DNA of 64,000 bases. Origin: Mycobacteriales bacterium. Lineage in GTDB: Bacteria; Actinomycetota; Actinomycetes; JAFAQI01. Shown here one piece after another: positions 1-10,639 of this stretch (the stretch's first letter is position 1; every line of letters begins with the position of its first letter). The stretch is taken from the NCBI GenBank assembly GCA_035548055.1, contig DASZTL010000091.1, positions 10,923 to 74,922 on the forward strand, in the 5' to 3' direction. The notes under the pieces were generated by a model. It was given only the letters and a program-made list of their open reading frames with translations, was not told the DNA's origin and did no database searches. The translations under genes were made by a program, and so were the position numbers.

Positions 1-1565
<1,565 letters not shown>

Positions 1566-1576
1566 GGCTCCGCAGG

Positions 1577-2482
1577 CTATCCGGGGCTGACGACCGCGTC
1601 CTCGACGACGATCGCCTCCGAACCGGGCTCGCCCGGCTTGCGGGCGGTGGCGAAGTAGGACCCGATCAGCACGAGCGGGAAGCCGATCGCCATGCCTGTC
1701 GTGACGTGCTCGCCGAGTACGGCGACCCCCAGGGCGATCGCCACCGCTGGGTTCACGTACGTGATGACGGTTGCGCGGGTCGGTCCGATCTCGCCGATGA
1801 GCCAGAAGAACACCACGAACGCCAGGGCTGTGCAGATCACGGCGAGCCCGATCACCGACCAGACGACCTTCCCGGACATGTGGTCGGGCGGCCGGACGAT
1901 GGCGAAAGGTGCGTAGACAACCGCGGTGACCGCGAGGGAGGCGGCGACGACTGCGAGGCCTGGTGCCGCACCCAGTCGGTGGGACAGGATCAATGGGCCC
2001 AGCGCGTAGCCGACCGCCACGAACGCGATCTCGAGAACCGCGGTCATGTCGACCTCACCGACTTGCAGGCCCACCAGCGAGGCCACCCCGGCGATGCCGA
2101 TGAGCAAGCCGAGCCAGCGCCTCGCGGTCATCTCTTCCTGCAGTCCGAGCAGGCGCGTGATGCCGATCCCGACCAGCGGGACTCCGGCTACGAGCAGACC
2201 GGCAAACGAGCTGGTGAGATGCTCCTCTGCGCTCGACAAGAGCAGCCAGGGGATCGTCAGCTCGACGGCCGTGTAGGCCAACACCCATTTCCAGTGGCCG
2301 CGCAACCCGCCGAGCACCCCACGCCAGGCGGCGATCGGGACGAGGATCAGCGCGGCGATCGACGTACGAGCGAAGACCAGGTCAGCGGGGCTCAGGTCAC
2401 GCACCGCCACCCGGATCAGCAGGTAGGGGACACCCCAGATGAAGCACATTGCGACGAACAGCACCCACCCGCGCTTCGACAT
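1577..2482 (-). CDS. EamA/DMT-family membrane transporter
   Basis: ORF 1577..2566 is hydrophobic throughout, with about 10 helices in two EamA-like halves. I trimmed the start to Met29 (MSKRGW) because the upstream codons lie inside the intergenic palindromes. Confidence 0.75.
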   Translation of the reverse strand: MSKRGWVLFVAMCFIWGVPYLLIRVAVRDLSPADLVFARTSIAALILVPIAAWRGVLGGLRGHWKWVLAYTAVELTIPWLLLSSAEEHLTSSFAGLLVAGVPLVGIGITRLLGLQEEMTARRWLGLLIGIAGVASLVGLQVGEVDMTAVLEIAFVAVGYALGPLILSHRLGAAPGLAVVAASLAVTAVVYAPFAIVRPPDHMSGKVVWSVIGLAVICTALAFVVFFWLIGEIGPTRATVITYVNPAVAIALGVAVLGEHVTTGMAIGFPLVLIGSYFATARKPGEPGSEAIVVEDAVVSPG

Positions 2483-2524
2483 GGGGTCGACGATAGGAGC
2501 GGGCAGCGACGAGATCTCGCGCAA

Positions 2525-2596
2525 GCAATGTGGCATCGCCCCCGCGATTCGGCGGCTAGGGGGCAATTTCGGCTAGGCAATGCCACATTGCCTAGC
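2525..2596. promoter_or_regulatory. Nested inverted repeats in the eamA/leuB divergent intergenic region (candidate operator)
   Basis: A 12-bp inverted repeat, GCAATGTGGCAT (2525-2536) and ATGCCACATTGC (2580-2591). A 25-bp palindrome, GCTAGGCAATG-CCA-CATTGCCTAGC (2572-2596). GATTCGG repeats at 2545 and 2599. Confidence 0.5.
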
Positions 2597-2648
2597 GAGA
2601 TTCGGGCAGCGCGAGGTCAGGGGTTGCGATCTACTAGCCTCGCCGCTC

Positions 2649-3686
2649 GTGACGAGCATTGCAGTGATCGCCGGCGACGGCATCGGTCAGGAGGTCGTCG
2701 CCGAGGGCCTGAAGGTACTTCGCGCGGCCGTCGAACCGGACGGGGTCAAGGTCGAGACGACCGACTACGACCTCGGCGCGGCCCGCTGGCATCGCACCGG
2801 TGAGACGCTGCCGGACAGCGTGCTGGAAGAGCTCCGCGGGCACGACGCGATCCTGCTCGGTGCTGTCGGTGACCCCACTGTGCCGTCCGGGGTGCTCGAG
2901 CGCGGTCTTTTGCTCAAGCTGCGGTTCGCCTTCGAGCACGCCGTCAACCTGCGGCCGGTGAAGCTGTACCCGGGTGTGACCACGCCGCTCGCCGGCGTCG
3001 AGCCCGCCACGATCGACATGGTCGTCGTACGAGAAGGGACCGAGGGCCCGTACGTCGGGGTCGGCGGCTCGATGCGTCACGGCACACCGAACGAGGTGGC
3101 GACCGAGGAAAGCGTCAACACCCGGTACGGCGTGGAGCGCGTCGTTCGCGACGCGTTCAAGCGAGCGGCGGCGCGGCCGCGCAAGAAGCTCACGCTGGTT
3201 CACAAGACGAACGTGCTCGTGCACGCCGGTGGCCTTTGGCAGCGCACCGTCGACGAGGTCGCGCCGGAGTTTCCCGACGTTGCCGTCGACTACGCGCACG
3301 TCGACGCGGCCTGCCTCTACTTCGTCACTCAGCCGGAGCGGTTCGACGTCGTCGTGACTGACAACCTGTTCGGCGACATCGTCACGGACCTCGGTGCGGC
3401 GATCGCCGGGGGGATCGGGCTGGCGGCGAGCGGGAACCTCAACGTCGACGGAACGGCGCCGAGCATGTTCGAGCCGGTGCACGGCAGCGCGCCGGACATC
3501 GCCGGCCAGGGACTGGCCGACCCGACGGCGACGGTGCTGTCGGTGGCGATGCTGCTGGACTCGTTGTCGCTGCGCGCTGCCGCAAGCCGGGTCGAGGCGG
3601 CGGCCGCCGCCGATCTCGCCGAGCGCGGAAGCGCGACGCGCAGCACGACCGATATCGGAGATGCGATCGCTGCACGCCTGACCTAA
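2649..3686 (+). CDS. leuB: 3-isopropylmalate dehydrogenase
   Basis: ORF 2580..3686; GTG 2649 gives [16 protein letters not shown]. Family motifs [10 protein letters not shown] and [10 protein letters not shown] are present. Confidence 0.9.
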   Translation: MTSIAVIAGDGIGQEVVAEGLKVLRAAVEPDGVKVETTDYDLGAARWHRTGETLPDSVLEELRGHDAILLGAVGDPTVPSGVLERGLLLKLRFAFEHAVNLRPVKLYPGVTTPLAGVEPATIDMVVVREGTEGPYVGVGGSMRHGTPNEVATEESVNTRYGVERVVRDAFKRAAARPRKKLTLVHKTNVLVHAGGLWQRTVDEVAPEFPDVAVDYAHVDAACLYFVTQPERFDVVVTDNLFGDIVTDLGAAIAGGIGLAASGNLNVDGTAPSMFEPVHGSAPDIAGQGLADPTATVLSVAMLLDSLSLRAAASRVEAAAAADLAERGSATRSTTDIGDAIAARLT

Positions 3687-3695
3687 TCTCGCTGT

Positions 3696-4775
3696 ATGGG
3701 TCTTGAGTTCAGCATCGAGTCGGCGCCGCAGCCGACCACGCCGGAGCGTCTCGCTGAGATCCTCGCGGCGCCCGGGTTCGGCAAGTACTTCACCGACCAC
3801 ATGGTCACGGTCGAGTGGACCCCGGACGCCCGATGGCACAACGCGCGGCTGCGTCCGTACGCACCGCTGAGCCTCGATCCGGCCACCCACGTCTTCCACT
3901 ACGGCCAGGCGATCTTCGAAGGCTTCAAGGCCTATCGCCAGCCCGACGGTGGCGTCGCCACCTTTCGGCCCGGGTTCAACGCGGAGCGGTTCAACCGCTC
4001 CGCCGCCCGGCTCGCGCTCCCCGAGCTGCCGGTCGATGCTTTCGTTGCGGCATCCGATCATCTCGTCCGCGCTGATGCGGCCTGGGTGCCGAGCGATGGC
4101 GAGGCGAGTCTGTACCTGCGTCCGTTCATGATGGCCACGGAGGTCGGCCTCGGAGTGAAGCCCGCCTCCCACGTGACCTTCCTCGTCATCGCCTCGCCGG
4201 TCGGGCCGTACTTCGCGTCGGGAGCGAAGCAGGTCACGATCTGGTTGTCGGAGGACTACACCCGCGCCGCGCCGGGTGGCACCGGAGCTGCCAAGTGCAG
4301 CGGGAACTATGCCGCGAGCCTCGTCGCGCAGCAGGAGGGGATCGCGAACGGTTGCGAGCAGGTCCTCTTCCTCGATGCCACCGAGCGTCGGTGGGTCGAG
4401 GAGCTCGGCGGCATGAATCTTTGGTTCGTCCAGGACGACGGCACCCTGATCACACCGGAGCTGACCGGCACGATCCTCGAGGGCGGCACCCGCGACGCGC
4501 TGCGGACGATCGCCGGCGAGCTCGGGCACGAGGTGGAGGAGCGTCGGGTCGACATCGACGAGTGGCGCAAGGGCGTTGACACCGGTCGGATCACGGAGGT
4601 CTTCGCCTGTGGGACGGCTGCCGTGATCGCACCCATCGGAACGCTGAAGTGGCACGGCGGTGAGGTCACCTCACCGGCCGAGAACCCGGTGGCGACGAAG
4701 CTCCGGTCGGCACTGATCGACCTGCAGTACGGCCGGAGCCCGGACACCCATGGCTGGATGCACAAGGTCTGCTGA
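3696..4775 (+). CDS. ilvE: Branched-chain amino acid aminotransferase
   Basis: 359 aa, class IV aminotransferase type (FHYGQAIFEGFKAY, GTGAAKCSGNYAASL, ACGTAAVI). Confidence 0.9.
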   Translation: MGLEFSIESAPQPTTPERLAEILAAPGFGKYFTDHMVTVEWTPDARWHNARLRPYAPLSLDPATHVFHYGQAIFEGFKAYRQPDGGVATFRPGFNAERFNRSAARLALPELPVDAFVAASDHLVRADAAWVPSDGEASLYLRPFMMATEVGLGVKPASHVTFLVIASPVGPYFASGAKQVTIWLSEDYTRAAPGGTGAAKCSGNYAASLVAQQEGIANGCEQVLFLDATERRWVEELGGMNLWFVQDDGTLITPELTGTILEGGTRDALRTIAGELGHEVEERRVDIDEWRKGVDTGRITEVFACGTAAVIAPIGTLKWHGGEVTSPAENPVATKLRSALIDLQYGRSPDTHGWMHKVC

Positions 4776-4861
4776 GCGCCTCGCCCGATGATCGGCTTGA
4801 CCTCGGGGCCTCTTCTGCCGAAGACTGAGCATGTGACGCAGTTCGCCACGATTATTTGCGA

Positions 4862-4892
4862 GCGCGTCGGCTAAGCACCACAGCCGACGCGC
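4862..4892 (+). promoter_or_regulatory. Stable hairpin (11-bp perfect stem, 9-nt loop) upstream of the terminator in the ilvE-cimA spacer
   Basis: GCGCGTCGGCT (4862-4872) pairs with AGCCGACGCGC (4882-4892). The stop codon of a candidate 28-codon uORF (4788..4874) lies in the left arm. Confidence 0.5.
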
Positions 4893-4894
4893 GA

Positions 4895-4927
4895 CCCCCG
4901 CTGCCCTGACCGGGCCGGGGGTTTTTT
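4895..4927 (+). terminator. Rho-independent terminator (or attenuator) between ilvE and cimA
   Basis: CCCCCG..GCCC-tgacc-GGGC-CGGGGG forms a GC stem of about 10 bp with a 2-nt bulge, followed directly by TTTTTTGTT. Confidence 0.7.
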
Positions 4928-4980
4928 GTTGGACGGACGTTGGACAGACTCAGGGCCAGACTTCCTCGAAGGGGTACCCG

Positions 4981-6567
4981 GTGGCACTCACCGACTTGCA
5001 CGTCTACGACACGACGCTGCGCGACGGAACGCAGCGAGAGGGGCTCTCGCTGTCGGTTGACGACAAGCTCGCCGTCGCCGCGCACCTCGACGCGCTGGGC
5101 GTCGGCTTCATCGAGGGCGGCTGGCCGGGTGCCAACCCTAAGGACGAGGCGTTCTTCCGGCGCGCGGCGGCCGGCGAGCTGCACCTGAAGCATGCGACGC
5201 TCGCCGCCTTCGGGGCGACTCGCAAGGCCGGCGCGGTTGCTGCCGACGACCCGCAGGTCCGTGCCCTTGTCGACGCGCAGACGCCCGTGGTGACCCTCGT
5301 CGCGAAGTCGCACACGGGGCACGTCGAGCGGGCGCTGCGTGCGACGCTTGAGGAGAACCTTGCGATGGTGCGCGACACCGTGTCGTTCCTGCGCGGTGAG
5401 GGGCGCCGGGTGTTCCTGGACGCCGAGCACTTCTTCGATGGCTACCACCTGAACCGCGACTACGCGCTCGCGGTCGTCGCCGCCGCGGCGGAGGCGGGCG
5501 CGGAGGTGGTCGCGCTTTGCGACACGAACGGCGGGATGCTGCCGACCCGGCTGTCGGATGTCGTGAGCGAGGTCGTCGGGTGGCTCGGCCACCCCGAGAC
5601 GAGGATCGGGATCCACGCCCACGACGACACCGCCTGCGCGGTCGCGAACTCGCTGGCCGCCGTACAGGCCGGCGCGACCCATGTGCAGGGAACCGCCAAT
5701 GGCTATGGGGAGCGGGCCGGCAACGCCGACCTGTTCTCGATCGTTGCCGGACTCCAGCTGAAGCTGGACCTACCGGTCTTGCCCGACGGGGCAATCTCAG
5801 AGCTGGTCCGGGTCAGCCACGCGATCGCTGAGCTCGCCAACATCGCGCCCGACGACCACCAACCGTGGGTCGGCGCGAGTGCATTTGCCCACAAGGCAGG
5901 ACTGCACGCGTCGGCGCTCAAGGTTGACCCGGACCTGTATCAGCACACCGACCCGGCCCTCGTCGGCAACGACATGCGCGTGTTGGTCTCCGAGCTCGCC
6001 GGCCGGGCGAGCGTCGAGCTCAAGGCGCGCGAGCTCGACATCGAGGTGGACCGCGAGGTGGTCGGTCGGGTGATCGAGCGGGTCAAGCGGATGGAGGCCG
6101 AGGGCTACTCGTTCGAGGCCGCCGAGGCCTCATTCGAGCTGATGCTGCGTGAGGAGGTCGATGGGCAACGATGGCGGCCGTTCCGGCTGGAGTCCTACCG
6201 GGTGATCACCGACAGCCAGGACGCGAGCGCAGTGCGGTCCGAGGCGACGGTGAAGCTGTACGTCGGTGAGGAGCGGATCGTCGCGACCGGTGAGGGCAAC
6301 GGGCCGGTCAACGCGCTCGACATGGCGCTTCGCCAGGCGCTGGAGCGGTTCTACCCGCAGCTGGGCAAGCTCGACCTGGTCGACTACAAGGTGCGCATCC
6401 TCGAGGGGGTGCATGGCACGGGCGCGATCACCCGGGTGCTCGTGCGGACCTCGAACGGTGAGCGGGAGTGGGACACCGTGGGCGTCGACGAGAACGTCAT
6501 CGCCGCGTCGTGGCAGGCGCTCGATGACGCCTATACGTTCGGGCTGCTGCCGGGGAAGACCAGCTGA
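4981..6567 (+). CDS. cimA: Citramalate synthase (short LeuA/CimA family)
   Basis: 528 aa starting VALTDLHVYDTTLRDGTQREG, with HAHDDTACAVANS and GYGERAGNA motifs and a C-terminal LeuA-type regulatory domain. GTG start is preceded by GAAGGGG. Confidence 0.8.
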   Translation: MALTDLHVYDTTLRDGTQREGLSLSVDDKLAVAAHLDALGVGFIEGGWPGANPKDEAFFRRAAAGELHLKHATLAAFGATRKAGAVAADDPQVRALVDAQTPVVTLVAKSHTGHVERALRATLEENLAMVRDTVSFLRGEGRRVFLDAEHFFDGYHLNRDYALAVVAAAAEAGAEVVALCDTNGGMLPTRLSDVVSEVVGWLGHPETRIGIHAHDDTACAVANSLAAVQAGATHVQGTANGYGERAGNADLFSIVAGLQLKLDLPVLPDGAISELVRVSHAIAELANIAPDDHQPWVGASAFAHKAGLHASALKVDPDLYQHTDPALVGNDMRVLVSELAGRASVELKARELDIEVDREVVGRVIERVKRMEAEGYSFEAAEASFELMLREEVDGQRWRPFRLESYRVITDSQDASAVRSEATVKLYVGEERIVATGEGNGPVNALDMALRQALERFYPQLGKLDLVDYKVRILEGVHGTGAITRVLVRTSNGEREWDTVGVDENVIAASWQALDDAYTFGLLPGKTS

Positions 6568-6584
6568 CCTGAAACGCTGGGCTC

Positions 6585-7508
6585 ATGGAACATCGCGCAC
6601 TGGGTGAGTCCGGGCTACGGGTGTCGGTCGTCGGCCTGGGCTGCAACAACTTCGGTCGGCGGATCGACCTCGAGCAGACGCGGGCGGTCGTCCACGCCGC
6701 GCTCGACGCCGGGATCACGCTGTTCGACACCGCCGACATCTACGGCGAGTCTGAGGACTTCCTCGGTGAGGTGCTCGGCTCAGCACGTGGCGACATCGTG
6801 CTCGCGACGAAGTTCGGCATGGACATGCACGGGTTGCTGGGGCCCGACTGGGGTGCCCGCGGGTCGCGGCGCTACATCCGCAAGGCGATCGAGTCGTCGT
6901 TGCGGCGGCTGCGTACCGACTGGATCGATCTCTACCAGCTGCATGCGCCCGACCCATCGACACCGATCGAGGAGACGCTCGCGGCGCTGCACGAGCTGGT
7001 CGACGAGGGCAAGGTCCGCTATGTCGGCTGCTCGAACTTCGCGGGGTGGCAGCTTGCGGATGCCGACTGGACGGCGCGGGCCGGTGGGCACCCGCGCTTC
7101 GTCAGTGCGCAGAACCACTACAGCCTGGTCGAGCGTGGCGCGGAAGCCGAGCTCGCGCCGGCCTGCCAGCGGTTCGGCGTCGGGATCCTGCCCTTCTACC
7201 CGCTGGCGAACGGGCTGCTGTCAGGGAAGTACCGGCGGGGCGAGCAGGCGCCGGAGGGGTCGCGCCTGGCATCGCGGCCCGAGTGGCTCAGCGACGAGCG
7301 GTTCGACCAGGTCGAGGCGCTCGCGGCCTATGCCGAGGAGCGAGGATGTTCGCTGCTGGACGTCGCAATCGGCGGGTTGGCAGCGCAGCGGCAGGTGGCG
7401 TCCGTCATCGCCGGCGCGACCAAACCGGAGCAGGTGCGGGCGAACGCCGCGGCGGGGGAGTGGGTGCCGTCACCCGACGACATGAGGACGCTCAATAAAC
7501 TCGGGTAA
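6585..7508 (+). CDS. Aldo/keto reductase
   Basis: 307 aa with GLGCNNFG, TLFDTADIYG, IDLYQLH and VIAGATKPEQV, typical of the AKR fold. Confidence 0.85.
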   Translation: MEHRALGESGLRVSVVGLGCNNFGRRIDLEQTRAVVHAALDAGITLFDTADIYGESEDFLGEVLGSARGDIVLATKFGMDMHGLLGPDWGARGSRRYIRKAIESSLRRLRTDWIDLYQLHAPDPSTPIEETLAALHELVDEGKVRYVGCSNFAGWQLADADWTARAGGHPRFVSAQNHYSLVERGAEAELAPACQRFGVGILPFYPLANGLLSGKYRRGEQAPEGSRLASRPEWLSDERFDQVEALAAYAEERGCSLLDVAIGGLAAQRQVASVIAGATKPEQVRANAAAGEWVPSPDDMRTLNKLG

Positions 7509-8267
7509 ATGCGGATCGCCAGGTTCTCCCACGACGGTGACGTCTCGTTCGGTGTGGTCGAGGACGACACGATCGCTCAGATCTCGGCTCATCCGTTCGC
7601 GCCGGTCGAGTTCACCGGCGGGCGGGCGCCACTGTCGGCGGTGAAGCTGCTCGCGCCGGTGCTGCCGAGCAAGGTGGTGGCCATCGGGAAGAACTACGCC
7701 GAGCACGCCGCCGAGATGGGTGGTGACGTGCCGGAGAAGCCGCTGATCTTCCTGAAGCCGTCGACGTCGGTCGTCGCGTCGGGAGACGACATCGCGTACC
7801 CGCCGACGTCGGAGCGGGTGGACTACGAGGGCGAGCTCGCGGTCGTGATCGGCCGGCTCTGTCGTGACGTGCCCGAAGCGCGGGCGATGGACGTCGTACT
7901 CGGCTACACGTGCGCCAACGATGTGACCGCGCGGGACCAGCAGAAGGCGGACGGACAGTGGTCGCGGGCGAAGGGCTACGACACCTTCTGCCCGCTCGGC
8001 CCCTGGATTGAGACCGAGGTCGATCCGAGCGATCTGCGGATTACGACGCGGCTCAACGGTGAGGTGAAGCAGGACTCGCGGACGTCGATGATCGTGCACA
8101 AGATCCCGTCGCTGATCGCCTACATCACGGCGTGCATGACGCTGCTGCCCGGGGACGTGATCCTCACCGGGACACCGGACGGGATCGGGCCGATGCAGCT
8201 CGGCGACTCGGTCGAGGTCGACATCGAAGGCATTGGCGTGCTGCGGAACTCGGTGGCTGCGCGATGA
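7509..8267 (+). CDS. Fumarylacetoacetate hydrolase (FAH) family protein
   Basis: 252 aa with KPSTSVV, DYEGELAVVIG, ANDVTARD and PGDVILTGTP motifs. Confidence 0.85.
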   Translation: MRIARFSHDGDVSFGVVEDDTIAQISAHPFAPVEFTGGRAPLSAVKLLAPVLPSKVVAIGKNYAEHAAEMGGDVPEKPLIFLKPSTSVVASGDDIAYPPTSERVDYEGELAVVIGRLCRDVPEARAMDVVLGYTCANDVTARDQQKADGQWSRAKGYDTFCPLGPWIETEVDPSDLRITTRLNGEVKQDSRTSMIVHKIPSLIAYITACMTLLPGDVILTGTPDGIGPMQLGDSVEVDIEGIGVLRNSVAAR

Positions 8268-9685
8268 CTGTCCGGCTTCGCGTGGCGCCGTCGCCCACCG
8301 GTGATCCGCACGTCGGCACGGCGTACATGTCGTTGTTCAACCTTGCGTTCGTACGACGCGAGGGCGGCGCGTTCATCCTTCGGATCGAGGACACCGACCG
8401 GGCGCGGTTCAACGAGGACAGCGAGCGGCAGATCTACGAGACGTTGCACTGGCTCGGGCTGGACTGGGATGAGGGGCCCGACATCGGCGGGCCGTTCGCG
8501 CCGTACCGGCAGTCGGAGCGGCTCGAGACGTATCAGCCGGTCGTCGAGGCGCTGCTCGCGAGCGGGCACGCGTATCACTGCTGGTGCTCGTCACAGCGGC
8601 TCACGGAGATGCGCGAGGCGCAGCAGAAGGCCAAGCAGCCGACCGGCTACGACCGGTTGTGCGTTGGCAAGACGCGCGACGAGCGCGCTGCGCTGCCGGG
8701 GTTCTCGGAGCAGCCCGTGGTGCGGATGTTGATTCCGGATGACGCGCCGCTGACGTTCACGGACTTGATTCGCGGCGAGGTCAACGCGCCGCGGCCGGAC
8801 GACCAGGTCCTGATGAAGACCGATGGTTTCCCGACGTACCACCTGGCGAACGTCGTCGACGACCACGAGATGGGCATCACCCACGTCGTACGCGGCGAGG
8901 AGTGGATCGCGTCGACGCCGAAGCATGTCCTGCTCTACGCCTGGATGGGTTGGGAGGCGCCGCAGTTCGCCCACATGCCGCTGCTGCGCAACACCGACAA
9001 GTCGAAGATCTCGAAGCGGAAGAACCCGGCGGCGCGGCTGACCTGGTTCCTGGAGCAGGGTTTCCTGCCGGAGGCGCTGCGCAACTTCCTCGGCCTGATG
9101 GGGTACTCGATGCCCGACGGGCAGGAGGTCTTCAGCTTCGAGGAGATGGTCGCGTCCTTCGACTGGGCGCGGGTCAATCCCGTCGGCCCGGTGTTCGACG
9201 TCGACAAGCTGAAGTGGTTGTCGGGGCACTACATCCGCGAGCTGCCGGTCGATGAGCTCGCGGAACGTCTGGTCAGCTTCATGGGTATCGAGGGTGCCGC
9301 GGCCGACGTCGTCACGAAGGCGACGCCGCTAGTGCAGGAGCGGGTGTCGACTCTCCTGGAGGCAGCCAACATGGTCGGCTTCCTGCTCGACGAGCGATAC
9401 GTCGTTGACCCGGAGGCGGCAGCGAAGCAGCTAGGTCACGACGCTCGGCCGACATTGGAAGCGGCCCGCGCGGCCCTGCATGACCTGCCATCGTTCGACA
9501 CGGCATCGATCGAGACGGCGTTGCGGAGCGCGTTGGTCGAGGGTCTTGGTCTGAAGCCGAAGCACGCCTTCGGGCCGATTCGCGTCGCCGTCACCGGCAG
9601 CACGGTCTCGCCGCCGTTGTTCGAGTCGATCGAGATCCTCGGCAAGGACAAGACGCTGGTCCGGCTCGACGCCGCGCTGATCTGA
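8264..9685 (+). CDS. gltX: Glutamate--tRNA ligase
   Basis: ORF 8132..9685; ATG 8264 overlaps the FAH stop (ATGA) and gives MTVRLRVAPSPTGDPHVGTAY (HIGH-type motif). KISKRK (KMSKS-type) is also present. Confidence 0.9.
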   Translation: MTVRLRVAPSPTGDPHVGTAYMSLFNLAFVRREGGAFILRIEDTDRARFNEDSERQIYETLHWLGLDWDEGPDIGGPFAPYRQSERLETYQPVVEALLASGHAYHCWCSSQRLTEMREAQQKAKQPTGYDRLCVGKTRDERAALPGFSEQPVVRMLIPDDAPLTFTDLIRGEVNAPRPDDQVLMKTDGFPTYHLANVVDDHEMGITHVVRGEEWIASTPKHVLLYAWMGWEAPQFAHMPLLRNTDKSKISKRKNPAARLTWFLEQGFLPEALRNFLGLMGYSMPDGQEVFSFEEMVASFDWARVNPVGPVFDVDKLKWLSGHYIRELPVDELAERLVSFMGIEGAAADVVTKATPLVQERVSTLLEAANMVGFLLDERYVVDPEAAAKQLGHDARPTLEAARAALHDLPSFDTASIETALRSALVEGLGLKPKHAFGPIRVAVTGSTVSPPLFESIEILGKDKTLVRLDAALI

Positions 9686-9740
9686 TTTCGGCTGGGCTAA
9701 ACTGACCGACGGCCCGCTGCCAGCGGGTCATTTGTGCCAA

Positions 9741-9812
9741 TGGGGTATGGGGTAATTGGCAGCCCGACTGGTTCTGGCCCAGTTAGTCTAGGTTCGAGTC
9801 CTGGTACCCCAG
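9741..9812 (+). tRNA. tRNA-Gln (anticodon CTG)
   Basis: Acceptor stem TGGGGTA/TACCCCA. Anticodon stem ACTGG/CCAGT with loop TTCTGGC. T-arm has GGTTCGAGTCC. Confidence 0.9.
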
Positions 9813-9833
9813 CGACTTACAATGGGTAGTCAA

Positions 9834-9906
9834 GCTCTCGTCGTCTAGGGGCCTAGGACGCCGCCCTCTCAAGGCGGTAACGGCGGTTCGAATCCGCTCG
9901 AGAGTA
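9834..9906 (+). tRNA. tRNA-Glu (anticodon CTC)
   Basis: Acceptor stem GCTCTCG/CGAGAGT. Anticodon stem CCGCC/GGCGG with loop CTCTCAA. T-arm has GGTTCGAATCC. Confidence 0.9.
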
Positions 9907-9988
9907 CTCCACTTAACTAGTTTACTCCAGTTTAAATGGAGGTTTTCGGACCGGTCGCTGAGAGACTAATTCGGGCCGAACGGCCGCG

Positions 9989-10552
9989 TTATGTGCCCCC
10001 CTGATCCGACAGAGCCTCGGGGGCGTATCTGCGCAGGAGTTCAAGCGCCCACGCGACCTTGTCCTCGGTTCGTTGGCCACGGGGCTGCCATCGACTCCAC
10101 AGCTCTAAGTTGGTTGGTCGACTGTCAAGGCGGTCACCGTTCTTATGGTGGACGCTCTCGTCGGGCCACAACGGACGGTCAAGAACCTGCGCCATCACGT
10201 AGCGATGCTCAAGCGCCTGACTTTCGCCACCGGTGAGGTAGCGCATCTCTGTAGGCACCGTGATGACGTAGTACCCGTGACTGATGTGTCGATCACTAGC
10301 TGGCGCGCGGACCGGCTGTTCCACCCGAACATCGCCTGCCGCAAGCTGACGGCGGTAGTGCGGAGCGCACAACCGCTTCGCATAGATTGTTCGATCGCAC
10401 GTTTCGATCAGGCAGTATCCCTCCGTCTTCCGGCCCAACGGGCGTTCGGCCTGCACGTGGCCTAGACGCCGTAGCCGTTGGTAGTGACCGTGGCAGAGAC
10501 CGCGCTCCTTGGCGTCTCGATTGCAACCGTCGACCGAGCATCCCTTGATCAT
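9989..10552 (-). CDS. HNH endonuclease (phage/homing-like) with two N-terminal Cys/His modules
   Basis: ORF 9989..10639. ATG 10552 follows GGAGGA. Modules are CSVDGC..GLCHGHYQR and CLIETC..RLCAPHYRR. The C-terminal HNH core is EHRYVMAQVL..VHHKNGDRLDSRPTNLELW. Confidence 0.8.
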   Translation of the reverse strand: MIKGCSVDGCNRDAKERGLCHGHYQRLRRLGHVQAERPLGRKTEGYCLIETCDRTIYAKRLCAPHYRRQLAAGDVRVEQPVRAPASDRHISHGYYVITVPTEMRYLTGGESQALEHRYVMAQVLDRPLWPDESVHHKNGDRLDSRPTNLELWSRWQPRGQRTEDKVAWALELLRRYAPEALSDQGGT

Positions 10553-10616
10553 CGATTCCTCCACGATCATGGTCGCTTGGAGGTACGACGGAAATCTGTT
10601 GCAAACAAAGAGAGTT

Positions 10617-10639
10617 GTGGACAATGATTCGCTGTCCAC
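10617..10639. promoter_or_regulatory. 7-9-7 palindrome GTGGACA-N9-TGTCCAC upstream of the HNH gene
   Basis: Perfect 7-bp arms lying 65-87 nt upstream of the HNH start. Function unknown. Confidence 0.3.

Noticed and set aside
2634-4655. Very long antisense ORFs. Examples are 2634..4655(-), 12829..14193(-), 25345..27111(-), 33023..35383(-), the upper part of 42127..44343(-), 44520..46082(-) and 57326..59674(-).
   Set aside because: They lie opposite well-supported conserved genes. Their products are Arg/Pro/Gly/Asp-rich and lack motifs. Such open antisense frames are the expected by-product of GC-rich codon usage.
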